DNA of 64,000 nucleotides from Lachnospiraceae bacterium (GCA_022766245.1 JALEPL010000031.1:4336-68335); one strand, 5' to 3'. Shown: positions 37,142 to 48,143, counted from the first letter of the stretch. Notes: a model not told the origin generated them from the letters alone. Numbers and translations: made by a program.

Positions 37142-38728
37142 TCAATCCAGCCGTTCCATTTTGTCGAACAGAATCGAAGAAAGTGCAGCTGCACCCATTG
37201 TAAGCAACGCCATCACCAGCACCATGCAGGCATAACCGGCTGTGACAGAAACCAACAAACCTAAAATGATAGTGGGAATCATAGCAATTACGATTCCGAC
37301 ACACTGGCTCAGGCTTCGCACCATGGTTCTCCCGAAGGAGCCTAAATTCCTTCCAATGAGCACATCCGCCACCATGCCCAGATAAAGCTTATTGGCATTG
37401 AGACAGACATACAGCAAAACACTCAGGATGATCCACACCGGGGAAAGCTGCAAGCCGATGCCCGCAGGTATGGAAATGAAACAACCATCCACCAGTGCAC
37501 GGATATGCTCCATCTTTGTGGCATTCCACATTTTATGGAAGGCACTGTCCGGGATCAGGAAAGTGTATGGATTCTCCAGCTCTTTCTCCCACTTTGTGGC
37601 ATAGCCGCTAAATATAAGAACAAAGTATGCCATGATTCCAGGCAGAACAAACACTTTCCCTGCTCCCCAGAAGTCAGGTTCATCCATGGTCTGGAAGCCC
37701 ACAAAACATAAAACTGCCCCCACCAGCAGGAAAAACAGAGTCTGGAAGCTGAAGATAAACAGTTTATTTTTCTTATATTCCAACAACTGACGATAAAAAA
37801 TAGCCTTTGCATAGTTTCCCTTGTACTGGACAGATACATTACGTTTCAATTTCTTTTTCTTATTGAGGGCATTTTCCCCCTTCTGTGCCCGCTCCAGCTT
37901 CTCAGCATAATCTTCCGCAAAGCTCATGGCATCCTCATAATACTCGCCGGTACACGTTACCTTCCAGGCATAAACGACCAGAGTAATGGTCATGACCAGA
38001 TACAGCACGAAACAAATCACATTTAAAACCGTAGGCCCCACAAAAATGAGCTGCAGCACCGCAAGCTGCCATCCAAACATGGGTATCAGCTGGATTATGG
38101 GGGATGTCAGGTACGAGTTCAGGGCAGCAAAGGACAGTCCCTTTTTCCAGAACATCAGCAATGCAACCACAACAAAGGCCAGCATCAGCCCATACAGGAA
38201 CCATTTTAACACCACAAAGAATCTCTCCGGCAGGACTTCATTTCCATAGCAGGCAATCATCAGTGCCATCTCCAGCAGATTCTCAATGACCATCAAAAAA
38301 AGTCCATAAGCCACCAATCTCACCGGAGAAATATTGCAAGCAAACACACCAATGATAATAATGGCTGCCCCCATAATAAAATTCATGAAAACGTTCTTCA
38401 TACCTGTGCGAAGCAATACCATCTTAGGATTTTCCGGTGCCACAAACACAAAATGCACATCCGATTTTTTAAAGATGATCCCCTTGCGCTTTGCGTACTG
38501 GATAATAGTCATGGGCTGTACGTAAAACATCAGCAGGGATAACAGTGCTGCCAGTCCCTCCGGCGTAGCCATGCCAAAATCTGCGATCATTCCACCCAGA
38601 GCTGACACAACCAGCAATATGTAAAACAATACCAGGATTCCACCCACATAGCTGCCGGGCTTTTTCACTGCCCGTTTTGCTTTATTGATGAAACTTCTGG
38701 TGGTGATATACCATAAACTTTTACTCAT
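37142..38728 (-). CDS. Putative ABC exporter permease
   Basis: Many TM helices, KGIIFKKSDVHFVFVAP, YYEDAM, YPTF-type LIP motif (NPYTFLIP); overlaps the upstream ATPase gene. Confidence 0.75.
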   Translation of the reverse strand: MSKSLWYITTRSFINKAKRAVKKPGSYVGGILVLFYILLVVSALGGMIADFGMATPEGLAALLSLLMFYVQPMTIIQYAKRKGIIFKKSDVHFVFVAPENPKMVLLRTGMKNVFMNFIMGAAIIIIGVFACNISPVRLVAYGLFLMVIENLLEMALMIACYGNEVLPERFFVVLKWFLYGLMLAFVVVALLMFWKKGLSFAALNSYLTSPIIQLIPMFGWQLAVLQLIFVGPTVLNVICFVLYLVMTITLVVYAWKVTCTGEYYEDAMSFAEDYAEKLERAQKGENALNKKKKLKRNVSVQYKGNYAKAIFYRQLLEYKKNKLFIFSFQTLFFLLVGAVLCFVGFQTMDEPDFWGAGKVFVLPGIMAYFVLIFSGYATKWEKELENPYTFLIPDSAFHKMWNATKMEHIRALVDGCFISIPAGIGLQLSPVWIILSVLLYVCLNANKLYLGMVADVLIGRNLGSFGRTMVRSLSQCVGIVIAMIPTIILGLLVSVTAGYACMVLVMALLTMGAAALSSILFDKMERLD

Positions 38729-39422
38729 GGCTCTCACCGCCTGTCACTTCGAAGAAAAGTTCTTCGATATCCTTATCCTGAGTCTGCGCCTTGTCAAAGG
38801 ATGCCACGATGTGCCCCTTTTCCATCACAAACATCACATTCCACAGATCTTTCACCATCTCCAGCATATGCGTACTGAGCAAAATGGTCGCTCCGCCGTC
38901 TCTCAGTTCCAGAATCACTTCCTTCAGTTCCTTGATAGCGGCCGGATCCAGTCCCACCATGGGCTCGTCAAAAAGAATCACCTGAGGTTTGATGGCCAGA
39001 GCGCAGCAGATGCTTAATTTCTGCATCATTCCCTTGGAAAGCTCGTTGCCCAGTTTATCCTGCTTATCAGCAAGCTCAAATCGCTCAAACAGTGTCAGAA
39101 TCTCCTCATCGGTGACGGGACTACTGTATGCCCGGCGGATATACTCCACATGCTCCCGCACCGTCAATGCTTCAAACATAGCCGGAAGCTCCGGCACATA
39201 GCCAAAAACCTTTTTTGCCTCCTTTGAGCGGGCAGGCATTCCATTGATGGCAATGCTGCCCTGGTAACGCAGAAGACCTGCGATACTTTTAATAATGGTA
39301 GATTTTCCGGCTCCGTTTGGTCCAAGCAAAATTCCAATCTGTCCGTTCCCTACCGTAAAGCTCACCTGATCTACTGCAAGTGTTTTTCCATATTTTTTCG
39401 ATAATCCCTGTACTTCTAACAT
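38721..39422 (-). CDS. ABC transporter ATP-binding protein
   Basis: GPNGAGKST, LSKGMMQK signature, ILFDEP, STH. Confidence 0.93.
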   Translation of the reverse strand: MLEVQGLSKKYGKTLAVDQVSFTVGNGQIGILLGPNGAGKSTIIKSIAGLLRYQGSIAINGMPARSKEAKKVFGYVPELPAMFEALTVREHVEYIRRAYSSPVTDEEILTLFERFELADKQDKLGNELSKGMMQKLSICCALAIKPQVILFDEPMVGLDPAAIKELKEVILELRDGGATILLSTHMLEMVKDLWNVMFVMEKGHIVASFDKAQTQDKDIEELFFEVTGGESHE

Positions 39423-39568
39423 AATCTTCCTCCACATACAATACGAAATATAACTTCCCTTTTTACCAATGTGTGTCCGAATGAATTTACATATTTTATT
39501 GCAATAAAATAATATCGGTATGTATTATTCACCTAATACAATAATTCATCTTACTTTATTTGTCAAGG

Positions 39569-39600
39569 AAAAACACCTGCCATATCTTAGACAGGTGTTT
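39569..39600 (-). terminator. Terminator after the GlmU-like gene
   Basis: aaacacctg...caggtgttt stem. Confidence 0.6.
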
Positions 39601-39628
39601 GAAACGCAAATTCATTTGCAAGCAAATT

Positions 39629-40294
39629 TTATTTTTTCTCCACAACTTCATTTTTGTTTTTATAGATGGAATTGGCCGGAACCACACCACGCACCATGGA
39701 CAGAGGATACACATTCGTATGGCTTCCGATGACAGTTCCCGGATTCAAAACGGAATTGCATCCCACTTCTACATAATCTCCCAGCATAGCACCAAACTTC
39801 TTCAATCCTGTTTCAATTTGTTCTTCTGCACTCTTTACCACTACCAGAGTCTTATCGGATTTCACATTTGATGTAATGGAACCTGCTCCCATGTGTGACT
39901 TGTATCCCAGTACCGAATCCCCCACATAATTATAATGAGGCACCTGCACGCTGTTAAAGATGATGACATTTTTCAGTTCTGTGGAATTTCCCACCACTGA
40001 GCCTTTTCCCACAATGGCATTGCCACGGATAAATGCGCAGTGACGGATTTCCGCCTCCTCATCAATGATCAGTGGACCGTGAAGATAGGCAGTAGGAGCC
40101 ACATTGGCAGATTTCGCTACCCAGATATCCTCTCCGCGCTGCTCAAATATTTCCGGATCCAGAGTCTTTCCCAATTCCAGAATAAATGCTCCAATCTCCG
40201 GCAGCACCTGCCAGGGATACTCATGGCGCTCCAAAAGCGGAGCCGCTATTGTTTTCGCTAATGTGTACATGTTTGTGATTTTGCACTGTTCCAT
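39629..40294 (-). CDS. Stand-alone left-handed beta-helix protein similar to the C-terminal half of archaeal-type GlmU
   Basis: EIRHCAFIRG, VGNSTELKN, VPHYNYVGDSVLG, HMGAG, KKFGAMLGD, GCNSVLNPG; no nucleotidyltransferase domain. Confidence 0.75.
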   Translation of the reverse strand: MEQCKITNMYTLAKTIAAPLLERHEYPWQVLPEIGAFILELGKTLDPEIFEQRGEDIWVAKSANVAPTAYLHGPLIIDEEAEIRHCAFIRGNAIVGKGSVVGNSTELKNVIIFNSVQVPHYNYVGDSVLGYKSHMGAGSITSNVKSDKTLVVVKSAEEQIETGLKKFGAMLGDYVEVGCNSVLNPGTVIGSHTNVYPLSMVRGVVPANSIYKNKNEVVEKK

Positions 40295-40372
40295 AATTTT
40301 ATATCCTCTTCCTTCTATATATTTATATTCCGTTATTATTCCAATCCGCTTTGCCATGCTGACGCCGATTCA

Positions 40373-43300
40373 TCATTCAAAGAGTCTGTGAAAATCATCC
40401 GGGACGTCGGTCTCCTCTTCCTCCACCGCTCCGTTGAGCAAGGCCTCCCATGCAGCCTCCGAATCCTCTGCACCACTTACTGTGGGAAACTCCTCTCTGG
40501 GAGCCGGTGGCAACGGTGCATAGGTGGATTCCTCGTAAACCTTCTGCGAACTGCTCTGTGTCTGTGAGTTCTGTGGATTTGGCTTTGCCGGAGGCTTTCG
40601 GTCAAAATCAAACTGAATGCCGTCCTCCGTCAGCTTCAGATAAGCATCAAAGCTTTTTCCTGCCTTCGAGGTAAATCCCTTTACCATCTCAGAGCTCTGT
40701 TTTTTCTCCAGCAGCTCTCCCACCACTTCCATGGGTAGTTCAAGCTTTGCCACCACTCGGCCTATCCGAAACCCACACTCACACTCATACTTCCACTGGG
40801 ACTTCATCAGCATTTTCCCGCATTTCGGACATTTCCATGGTGTCTCTTCCGGTTTTGGCCGTTCCGGGAAATCGAACTGAATCCTGCCATCCTCCGTCAG
40901 CTTCAGCGGCGCTTCAAATTTTTTCCCGCTTTTGGATACAAATCCTGCAATGGGGTCCGTCTTTTTCGTAAGTAGAAGCTGTTTGATCTGGCTGTCCTTC
41001 AGTTTCACTCCGGCAATTTTTCCAATGGAGAATCTACAGCTGTCCTCCCGCTCACGGTCATAGTTGGCACATCCATAGCCAAATGGTGTCTGTATCAAAT
41101 CACCACCACACAGAGGACAGACCACATCCCTGAGTTTTTTTGCTTCCACATGGTCAAAGTCAAACTTGATACTCTTTTTTCCATTCTCATCTTCCGCCAA
41201 TACCAGGCAGGCATCAAATTTTTTCTTTGCCTTTGATGTAAAGCCCCGGATGGTACCGGTACTTCCTGTGGTAAGAAGATTTTTTACATGGGTAACCGTC
41301 AGATCTTTTCCGGCTATTTTTCCAATGGCGAAGCTACAGCTTTCCGGATCCTCCTGTCTGCGATTCGTACAGGCATATCCAAAAGGTACCTTCACCACGT
41401 CACCGCCACACAGCGGGCACTGTACTCCCTCCACCACGTCCGGTTCGTTGTCAGAAAAATCAAAGCTGATATGTACCTGATTTTGCTCATCGCACTCCAT
41501 CACCAGTGCCGCCTTGAATTTCTTGTTGCTTTTAGAAGTAAATCCGTTTAACACCGGTGTGCGACCGGTCTCAATGAGCTGCTTTACTTCCTCGTCGCTC
41601 AAATCCCGCCCGGCAATGCTTCCGATTACAAATCTACAGCCACTGCCGTCCTTCTGATAATTGCCACAGCCGTATCCAAAAGGAGTAGTCACCAGATCTC
41701 CACCGCACACAGGGCACTTCACTCCGATACTGACTCTGGCTTTCATGTCCTTTGCATTTTTCCCCGCCATAGGGCGAATCCGCTCCGCAATGGTATTTTT
41801 CAGATCCCGCTCGATCATGGATACGGTTTCTTTTCGAATGAACTCCTCCAGTTTTCCCCGGTAATCATCCATCTGTACCGTCCCCTTGGTAATGCCATCC
41901 AGGCCTTTTTCCCAGGATGCGGTCATCTTCGGATTCAAAAGCTGGGGAACGGTCAGATCAACCACCTCATACACCATTTCCCCTAAGGTCTCCGGGGTGA
42001 GCACCTGTGTCTTTTTATTCAGGTTCAGGTATCCAATGCGCACCAGCTTTTTGATGATCTCTGCTCTGGTGGCAGAGGTGCCGATACCGGAGCCCTTAAT
42101 CTGCTCTCGCAGTTCTTCCTCCTCAATGAGCTGTCCTGCATTCTCCATAGCAAGTACCATGGAGCCGGAGGTATATCGCTTGGGAGGAGATGTTTTTCCT
42201 TCTTTGATTTCGTATCCATTTACCGGGATCTCATCTCCTGCTTTCAAGGTCTCAGCCAGAGCCAAAAGCACTTTTGGATCTTTCTTTTCTTCCTTCTCCT
42301 CGTCGCCCTCCGTCTCATCCTTTGGCGGCTCCGCACTTTTTCCCATGACCTCTAAATATCCTGCTTCCTTTAAAACCTTTGCCCCGGCGTAAAAGGGTTC
42401 TTTTCCCACATGGATCGTAAGCTTAATGTTCTGATACTTGGCCGGAGGATAAAAGATACTCAAAAATCTCCGGGCAATGAGATCAAAGACTTTTCGCTGC
42501 AACTCATTTAAGGATTTCAGTTCCGTCAGTTGCCCCGTGGGAATGATAGCATAGTGATCCGTGATCTTTGAGTCATCCGTATAGGATGTTTGAGCAATGC
42601 CTCGGTAACTGCCGTCATTCATGATATGCTCCGCAAAGGTCGCAACCGGTTCATATTTTTTCAGTCCACTGACATTTTTACCGATTTCCTTTGCCACCGC
42701 AGAGGAAAGCACTCGGGCATCCGTTCTGGGATAGGTGGTAAGCTTCTTCTCGTAGAGATCCTGCGCCACCTGTAAAGTCTCATCCGGACTAATCTTAAAC
42801 CGCTTGGAACACTCAGCCTGAAGCTCAGCCAGATTAAATAACAGCGGAGCCCGTTTGTTGGACATGTTTTTCTCCACAGATTTTACCCGTGCCGGCTGTC
42901 CCTGCAGTTCTTCAATCAACTGTAACGCACTTTCCTTTTTCTTAAATCCGTTTTCTTTATACAGAAGGGGGGATGCAACATACTTTGACCCCTCTGCCGC
43001 CTTCCACTCTCCCTGAATGGAGGAAGCTGTAAAATCTCCCACCACACGATAAAAGGGAGTCTCCACAAAATTTCGGATTTCGCGCTCCCGAATCACTACC
43101 ATGCCCAGTACGCAGGTCATGACACGCCCTACTGCAATGGCCGTATAGGATTTGGTTCCCGCTGCATCATTCAAAAGCTGTCCGTACTTTACGGACATAG
43201 CCCGTGAAAAATTGATTCCCATGGCGTAGTCTTCTATGGTACGCATGATGCCGGAATTGGCCAGGTTGTCATAATCCGACATAGGCTTCGCCTCACGGAT

Positions 43301-43735
43301 GCCCCGCAGGATTTCTTCCTCTGTCTGGGAGTCAATCCACACACGCAGTTCTTCCATGCCATCCCGCACACCGCCGAATCTACGGATATTTTCCTCTATG
43401 GTCTGTCCTTCTTTTCCTGCATCTCCAGCCCAATAGACCTTTCCAATATCCTCCCGGTGAAGCATGCGATGCACCACATCATATTGTTTACTCACCGCAG
43501 GAATTATATCATATTTATAATCCTTCGGAAGAAAAGGCAAATCCTCCAACTTCCATTTTTTATAGCGAATGTCGTATTCCTCCGGATACACCATTTCCAC
43601 CAGATGACCTACGCACCAGGTAATCACATAATCCTGATTCTCGATATATCCGTCATTTCTTCCGGAAACACCCAGAATCCGTGCAAATTCCTGTGCTACA
43701 CTGGGTTTCTCCGTAATAATCAATGCTTTCTCCAT
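40373..43735 (-). CDS. topB: DNA topoisomerase III (type IA) with C-terminal zinc-ribbon repeats
   Basis: ITEKPSVA, WCVGHL, AGDAGKEG, GRVMT, catalytic TYPRTD, DHYAIIP, GIGTSATRA; four CPxCG repeats. Confidence 0.9.
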   Translation of the reverse strand: MEKALIITEKPSVAQEFARILGVSGRNDGYIENQDYVITWCVGHLVEMVYPEEYDIRYKKWKLEDLPFLPKDYKYDIIPAVSKQYDVVHRMLHREDIGKVYWAGDAGKEGQTIEENIRRFGGVRDGMEELRVWIDSQTEEEILRGIREAKPMSDYDNLANSGIMRTIEDYAMGINFSRAMSVKYGQLLNDAAGTKSYTAIAVGRVMTCVLGMVVIREREIRNFVETPFYRVVGDFTASSIQGEWKAAEGSKYVASPLLYKENGFKKKESALQLIEELQGQPARVKSVEKNMSNKRAPLLFNLAELQAECSKRFKISPDETLQVAQDLYEKKLTTYPRTDARVLSSAVAKEIGKNVSGLKKYEPVATFAEHIMNDGSYRGIAQTSYTDDSKITDHYAIIPTGQLTELKSLNELQRKVFDLIARRFLSIFYPPAKYQNIKLTIHVGKEPFYAGAKVLKEAGYLEVMGKSAEPPKDETEGDEEKEEKKDPKVLLALAETLKAGDEIPVNGYEIKEGKTSPPKRYTSGSMVLAMENAGQLIEEEELREQIKGSGIGTSATRAEIIKKLVRIGYLNLNKKTQVLTPETLGEMVYEVVDLTVPQLLNPKMTASWEKGLDGITKGTVQMDDYRGKLEEFIRKETVSMIERDLKNTIAERIRPMAGKNAKDMKARVSIGVKCPVCGGDLVTTPFGYGCGNYQKDGSGCRFVIGSIAGRDLSDEEVKQLIETGRTPVLNGFTSKSNKKFKAALVMECDEQNQVHISFDFSDNEPDVVEGVQCPLCGGDVVKVPFGYACTNRRQEDPESCSFAIGKIAGKDLTVTHVKNLLTTGSTGTIRGFTSKAKKKFDACLVLAEDENGKKSIKFDFDHVEAKKLRDVVCPLCGGDLIQTPFGYGCANYDREREDSCRFSIGKIAGVKLKDSQIKQLLLTKKTDPIAGFVSKSGKKFEAPLKLTEDGRIQFDFPERPKPEETPWKCPKCGKMLMKSQWKYECECGFRIGRVVAKLELPMEVVGELLEKKQSSEMVKGFTSKAGKSFDAYLKLTEDGIQFDFDRKPPAKPNPQNSQTQSSSQKVYEESTYAPLPPAPREEFPTVSGAEDSEAAWEALLNGAVEEEETDVPDDFHRLFE

Positions 43736-43736
43736 C

Positions 43737-45110
43737 TTACAATTCCTTCATATCTACCAGAATCAATCTTGTATCTTCTTTGGATCGGGCAATCAATTTC
43801 TCCGAAAAACTCTGCGCCGAAAACAGATACATATACTCCGCTGTGATTCTGGCTTGTTTCATGTTATCCAGCAGTTCATCTACTATTCCTTCATCCATGT
43901 ATTCCTGAGACCAGTTACAGACACCCACCACACTCTGACGGATAGAATTCTGCGCCACAATATCGATGGTTCCTTTTTTTCCAACCCAGGTACCCTGGCG
44001 ATGAATCTCGATAGGCAGTTTCCCGATGCGATTCAAAAGTATCAGATATTCATTGCACACTTTTACAAAATATCGATTTAAATATTCATTCAAGCCCGGT
44101 TCCACATAAATGTCATAGAATTTCTCCGGCTCCATGCGATACAGGTTCGATAAATTAGGGTATATAAAATGAAACCAAAAATTAACAAACGTATTCGATA
44201 TCTGATATACGCCTTTTTTCGCATTTTCCCATCCACCAGTGTCAAAGGATATCACTTTTTCCACCACATCAAACGCCATGAGATTTTTTATGTAAACGCT
44301 GATTTTTGCTCTGGAAAAACCGGTATTTTTATAAAGTTCATTTAACTTTGTGTTCCCAGCAGCAATACATGCCAATATTGTATTATAAATAGACAGTTCT
44401 CTTAATTCATGGCTGATATAATTTTCTGCCTCTCCAAAAAGGAATCCATCCGGGGATAGAATATGAGTACAGACATTTTCTTTGAGCGTCTTCTTTTCAT
44501 CCCATCGTTTCAGGTAACCAGGCACACCTCCCAAAACACCATAAACCTCCACAGACTGTGAAACAGTATAATCCGGGAATCTGCGGACAATATCCAGGAA
44601 AGATACTTCATCCAATTTCATGGACTTTTCTGCCTTTTTGATATATTCCGCATAGGTTTCCTGAAAATCATGTTCCATCCAAACCACTGATGAACTGGCA
44701 AGAATAATCATTACCGGCCCCGGATAGAGTCTCTTTGCCTTTAGCTTCAGAATACTGTTCATAAAAGTAATATCCTTTTTTACAATATACTGAAACTCAT
44801 CAATCACCACAACCAGCTTGGATGCATTGCCGCTCTTGACTCGGTTAAAATACTCATCGTAGTTAAAATGCTGCAGCTTGATCTGGTACTGCTGCTCGAT
44901 TTCTCTTCCCATCTGTCGAATCTGTTCCTGTGCCGATGCCTGTCTGGCTCTGTAATAAAATACTCTCTTATCAGAACAAAAACTCCGGATCAGCTCATCT
45001 TTTCCACAATTTTCTCTGCCATACAGCAGAACCAACTGATTTCCCGATGTGCGATATAATTCTTCCAATGTTTTTTCTTCAGCCGCCCGGGCTGTCACCT
45101 GTGCTGCCAT
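43737..45110 (-). CDS. Archaeal-type AAA ATPase family protein (ATPase + winged helix + DUF234-like), degenerate motifs
   Basis: YGRENCGKD, VIDEFQY, LGGVPGYL, YQISNTFVNFWF, IDIVA...GVCNW; start MAAQ with GAGG SD. Confidence 0.8.
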   Translation of the reverse strand: MAAQVTARAAEEKTLEELYRTSGNQLVLLYGRENCGKDELIRSFCSDKRVFYYRARQASAQEQIRQMGREIEQQYQIKLQHFNYDEYFNRVKSGNASKLVVVIDEFQYIVKKDITFMNSILKLKAKRLYPGPVMIILASSSVVWMEHDFQETYAEYIKKAEKSMKLDEVSFLDIVRRFPDYTVSQSVEVYGVLGGVPGYLKRWDEKKTLKENVCTHILSPDGFLFGEAENYISHELRELSIYNTILACIAAGNTKLNELYKNTGFSRAKISVYIKNLMAFDVVEKVISFDTGGWENAKKGVYQISNTFVNFWFHFIYPNLSNLYRMEPEKFYDIYVEPGLNEYLNRYFVKVCNEYLILLNRIGKLPIEIHRQGTWVGKKGTIDIVAQNSIRQSVVGVCNWSQEYMDEGIVDELLDNMKQARITAEYMYLFSAQSFSEKLIARSKEDTRLILVDMKEL

Positions 45111-45363
45111 ATCATTCCTCCCGTATGTTGCTTCAGTAGAGTCTTTTAATATCCGTATTCGCCGTTCGTCAATCATGCAAGCATGATGACACAGAAATTT
45201 TTATGCTCACTTTTGCCTTTGCGCATATTATATCATATTTAAATTTTTACCACAAGGCACAAAGCAGCCGTTCCACTCACGTCATTCGCAAAGCCGCACA
45301 TGAACGGTTCCCACAAAAAAAAGAGTCCTGCTTTCACAGAACTCTCTATACAATACGTGTTTA

Positions 45364-46449
45364 TTATTTTGCTGTGATATAGCCCTGAGCCTTCAATAAC
45401 TCAGCGCAAAGTACTGCTCCACCTGCAGCACCACGAACCGTATTATGGGATAATCCCACGAACTTCCAGTCATAAACCGTGTCCTCACGAAGACGTCCCA
45501 CGCTGATACCCATTCCATGCTCAAAGTTGACATCCATGGATACCTGAGGTCTATTGTCCTCCTCCAAGTACTGGATAAACTGCTTCGGTGCACTGGGCAG
45601 CTCTAACTCCTGGGGAACACCCTTAAAGTTTACTAACTTCTCAATTAGCTGTTCCTTGGTCGGATTCTTCTTAAACTTCACAAATACAGCAGCTGTATGT
45701 CCGTTTAATACCGGTACACGGATACACTGACAGGTAATTACCGGTGATGTAGCCGGAACAATCACACCATCCTTAATCTCACCCCAGATACGGAGAGGCT
45801 CTTTCTCAGACTTTTCTTCCTCGCCACCAATGTAAGGGATAATGTTTCCCTCCATCTCTGGCCAGTCCTTAAAGGTCTTTCCTGCACCGGAGATAGCCTG
45901 ATATGTGGTAGCAACCACCTCATAGGGCTCAAACTCTTTCCAAGCGGTCAAAACAGGAGCATAACTCTGGATCGAGCAGTTCGGCTTCACTGCCACAAAT
46001 CCTCTGGTGGTTCCCAGTCTCTTCTTCTGGAACTCGATAACATTCATATGCTCCGGATTAATCTCCGGCACTACCATAGGTACATCCGGTGTCCATCTGT
46101 GTGCACTGTTATTGGAAACAACAGGGGTCTCTGTCTTCGCATACGCCTCCTCAATGGCCTTGATCTCGTCCTTTGTCATATCTACCGCACTAAATACAAA
46201 GTCCACCTCAGCAGCAACCTTCTCTACTTCATTTACATTTTTTACGACTATATTCTTAACAGACTCCGGCATGGGAGTATCCATCTTCCAACGTCCGCCT
46301 ACTGCTTCCTCGTAGGTCTTTCCCGCACTTCTGGGGCTTGCGGCGATCGTTGTCACCTCAAACCATGGATGATTTTCCAGAAGAGAGATAAATCTCTGTC
46401 CTACCATACCTGTTCCGCCTAAAATACCAACCTTTAACTTCTCGCTCAT
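45364..46449 (-). CDS. asd: Aspartate-semialdehyde dehydrogenase
   Basis: GGTGMVGQR, VPEINPEH, catalytic KPNCS, YQAISGAG, HNTVRGAAG. Confidence 0.96.
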   Translation of the reverse strand: MSEKLKVGILGGTGMVGQRFISLLENHPWFEVTTIAASPRSAGKTYEEAVGGRWKMDTPMPESVKNIVVKNVNEVEKVAAEVDFVFSAVDMTKDEIKAIEEAYAKTETPVVSNNSAHRWTPDVPMVVPEINPEHMNVIEFQKKRLGTTRGFVAVKPNCSIQSYAPVLTAWKEFEPYEVVATTYQAISGAGKTFKDWPEMEGNIIPYIGGEEEKSEKEPLRIWGEIKDGVIVPATSPVITCQCIRVPVLNGHTAAVFVKFKKNPTKEQLIEKLVNFKGVPQELELPSAPKQFIQYLEEDNRPQVSMDVNFEHGMGISVGRLREDTVYDWKFVGLSHNTVRGAAGGAVLCAELLKAQGYITAK

Positions 46450-46630
46450 CTCTAAATCTCCTTGTGTTTTTCTTGTACATGGAGCTCTTTTTGTTCGCGC
46501 CACACGTACACTTGTCTTTCTTGCAAATATACTATACTATTCTGCACAAAAAAGCAACTCTCAAACTATCAAAAAATACTACAAAATTGTACTTTTTCTT
46601 ATACAGATGTACTAATTAAGCAGTAAAATC

Positions 46631-48046
46631 CTATTTCTCTTCCTGAGGAATCGCAATCTCATCCTGCCAGTCACTGGATAAATACTCCTTATGAAGAGCA
46701 ATCACCTTCTCCATCGCCTCTTTTCCGGGAGCACCTACCGTAAGTCGTTTATTGACACAGGTCTCCATGGAGATTGCATCGTAGATATCCTCCTCAAATA
46801 CCGGGCTGATAGCTTTTAACTCCTCTAAAGACATATCATCAATAGCGATGTTCTTTTCGATGCAATATAACACAATCTGCCCAACAATTCCATGGGCATC
46901 CCGAAAAGGCACTCCGTGATTTACCAGATAATCTGCCGCATCCGTAGCATTGGTAAATCCGTTATTGGCACTCTTTCTCATAACATCCTTGTTAAACTTC
47001 ATAGTTCTTAACATGCCAGTGAATAGAGCCAGACATCCCTTTACCGTATCCATGGCATCAAAGGAAAACTCCTTATCCTCCTGCATGTCCTTATTGTAAG
47101 CCAGCGGAATTCCTTTCATGGTAGTAAGCAGAGACATCAGTGCACCATAAACACGACCGGTCTTTCCACGCACCAGCTCCGCAATATCCGGATTCTTCTT
47201 CTGGGGCATGATACTGCTGCCAGTACTATAGGCATCATCAATCTCCACAAACTGGTATTCATTGGAGTTCCAGATGATTACTTCCTCGCTGAAACGGCTC
47301 AGATGCATCATAATGGTGGCCGCTGCAGACAAAAACTCAATCAGGTAGTCCCGGTCAGACACCCCATCCATGCTGTTTAAGGTAGGACCATAGAATCCCA
47401 AAAGTTCTGCCGTGTAATCCCTGTCCAGAGGGTAAGTGGTGCCGGCTAGTGCCCCTGAGCCCAACGGACAGTAGTTCATGCGGTGGAATATGTCCTCCAG
47501 ACGCTGACGGTCCCGCTTAAACATCTCAAAATAAGCCCCCATGTGATGAGCCAGTGTGATGGGCTGTGCTTTCTGCAAATGGGTAAATCCCGGCATAATC
47601 GTTTCCGTATTTTCTTCCATAATCTGAAGAAGTGCTTCCAAAAGCTCCTTTAACAAGGCATCGGTATGTAATACTTCCAGTCTGGTATAAAGTCTCATAT
47701 CCAGTGCCACCTGATCGTTTCGGCTTCTTCCGGTGTGAAGCTTTTTCCCGGTATCTCCCAGACGGTCAATCAGATTTGCCTCCACGAAGCTGTGAATATC
47801 CTCGTATTTATCTGTGATCTCCAGTTTGCCGGATTCTACCTCTGCCTGAATCTCATCCAGACAAGCCACAATATCCTTCATCTCCTGCTCTGTCAGGATT
47901 CCCTGTTTTGCAAGCATGGTCACATGTGCCTTGCTGCCCAAAATATCCTGTTTGTAAAATTTCTGGTCAAATGATATGGACGCATTGAAATTGTAAACCA
48001 ACTGATCGGTTTCCTTGGTAAAACGTCCGCCCCATAACTGTGCCAT
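46631..48046 (-). CDS. argH: Argininosuccinate lyase
   Basis: [39 protein letters not shown]. Confidence 0.97.
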   Translation of the reverse strand: MAQLWGGRFTKETDQLVYNFNASISFDQKFYKQDILGSKAHVTMLAKQGILTEQEMKDIVACLDEIQAEVESGKLEITDKYEDIHSFVEANLIDRLGDTGKKLHTGRSRNDQVALDMRLYTRLEVLHTDALLKELLEALLQIMEENTETIMPGFTHLQKAQPITLAHHMGAYFEMFKRDRQRLEDIFHRMNYCPLGSGALAGTTYPLDRDYTAELLGFYGPTLNSMDGVSDRDYLIEFLSAAATIMMHLSRFSEEVIIWNSNEYQFVEIDDAYSTGSSIMPQKKNPDIAELVRGKTGRVYGALMSLLTTMKGIPLAYNKDMQEDKEFSFDAMDTVKGCLALFTGMLRTMKFNKDVMRKSANNGFTNATDAADYLVNHGVPFRDAHGIVGQIVLYCIEKNIAIDDMSLEELKAISPVFEEDIYDAISMETCVNKRLTVGAPGKEAMEKVIALHKEYLSSDWQDEIAIPQEEK

Positions 48047-48092
48047 GATTCATTCCTCTCTCTCTTTATGATTTCACGCAAATATGCGTTTT

Positions 48093-48143
48093 GTTGTAAC
48101 TCATGGGTTTGCGAATCGTATCTGTAAAGTACTAAACAGATAC
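48093..48143 (-). repeat. Third subfamily (GTATCTGTT(C/T)AG-headed) of the hairpin repeat
   Basis: Minus strand gtatctgtttagtactttacagatacgattcgcaaacccatga aligns with 52169-52212; supplies the queH stop codon. Confidence 0.75.

Noticed and set aside
45266-45310. Possible riboswitch or leader (cgcaaagcc resembling a c-di-GMP-I fragment)
   Set aside because: The upstream GGCAAA element and the two-stem layout are missing. No T-box, SAM, lysine or preQ1 leader was recognisable before thrC, leuC, metY, asd or queH.
48074-48090. Palindrome acgcaaatatgcgt upstream of argH as an ARG box
   Set aside because: Half-site spacing does not fit the TGCAT-N4-ATGCA consensus.
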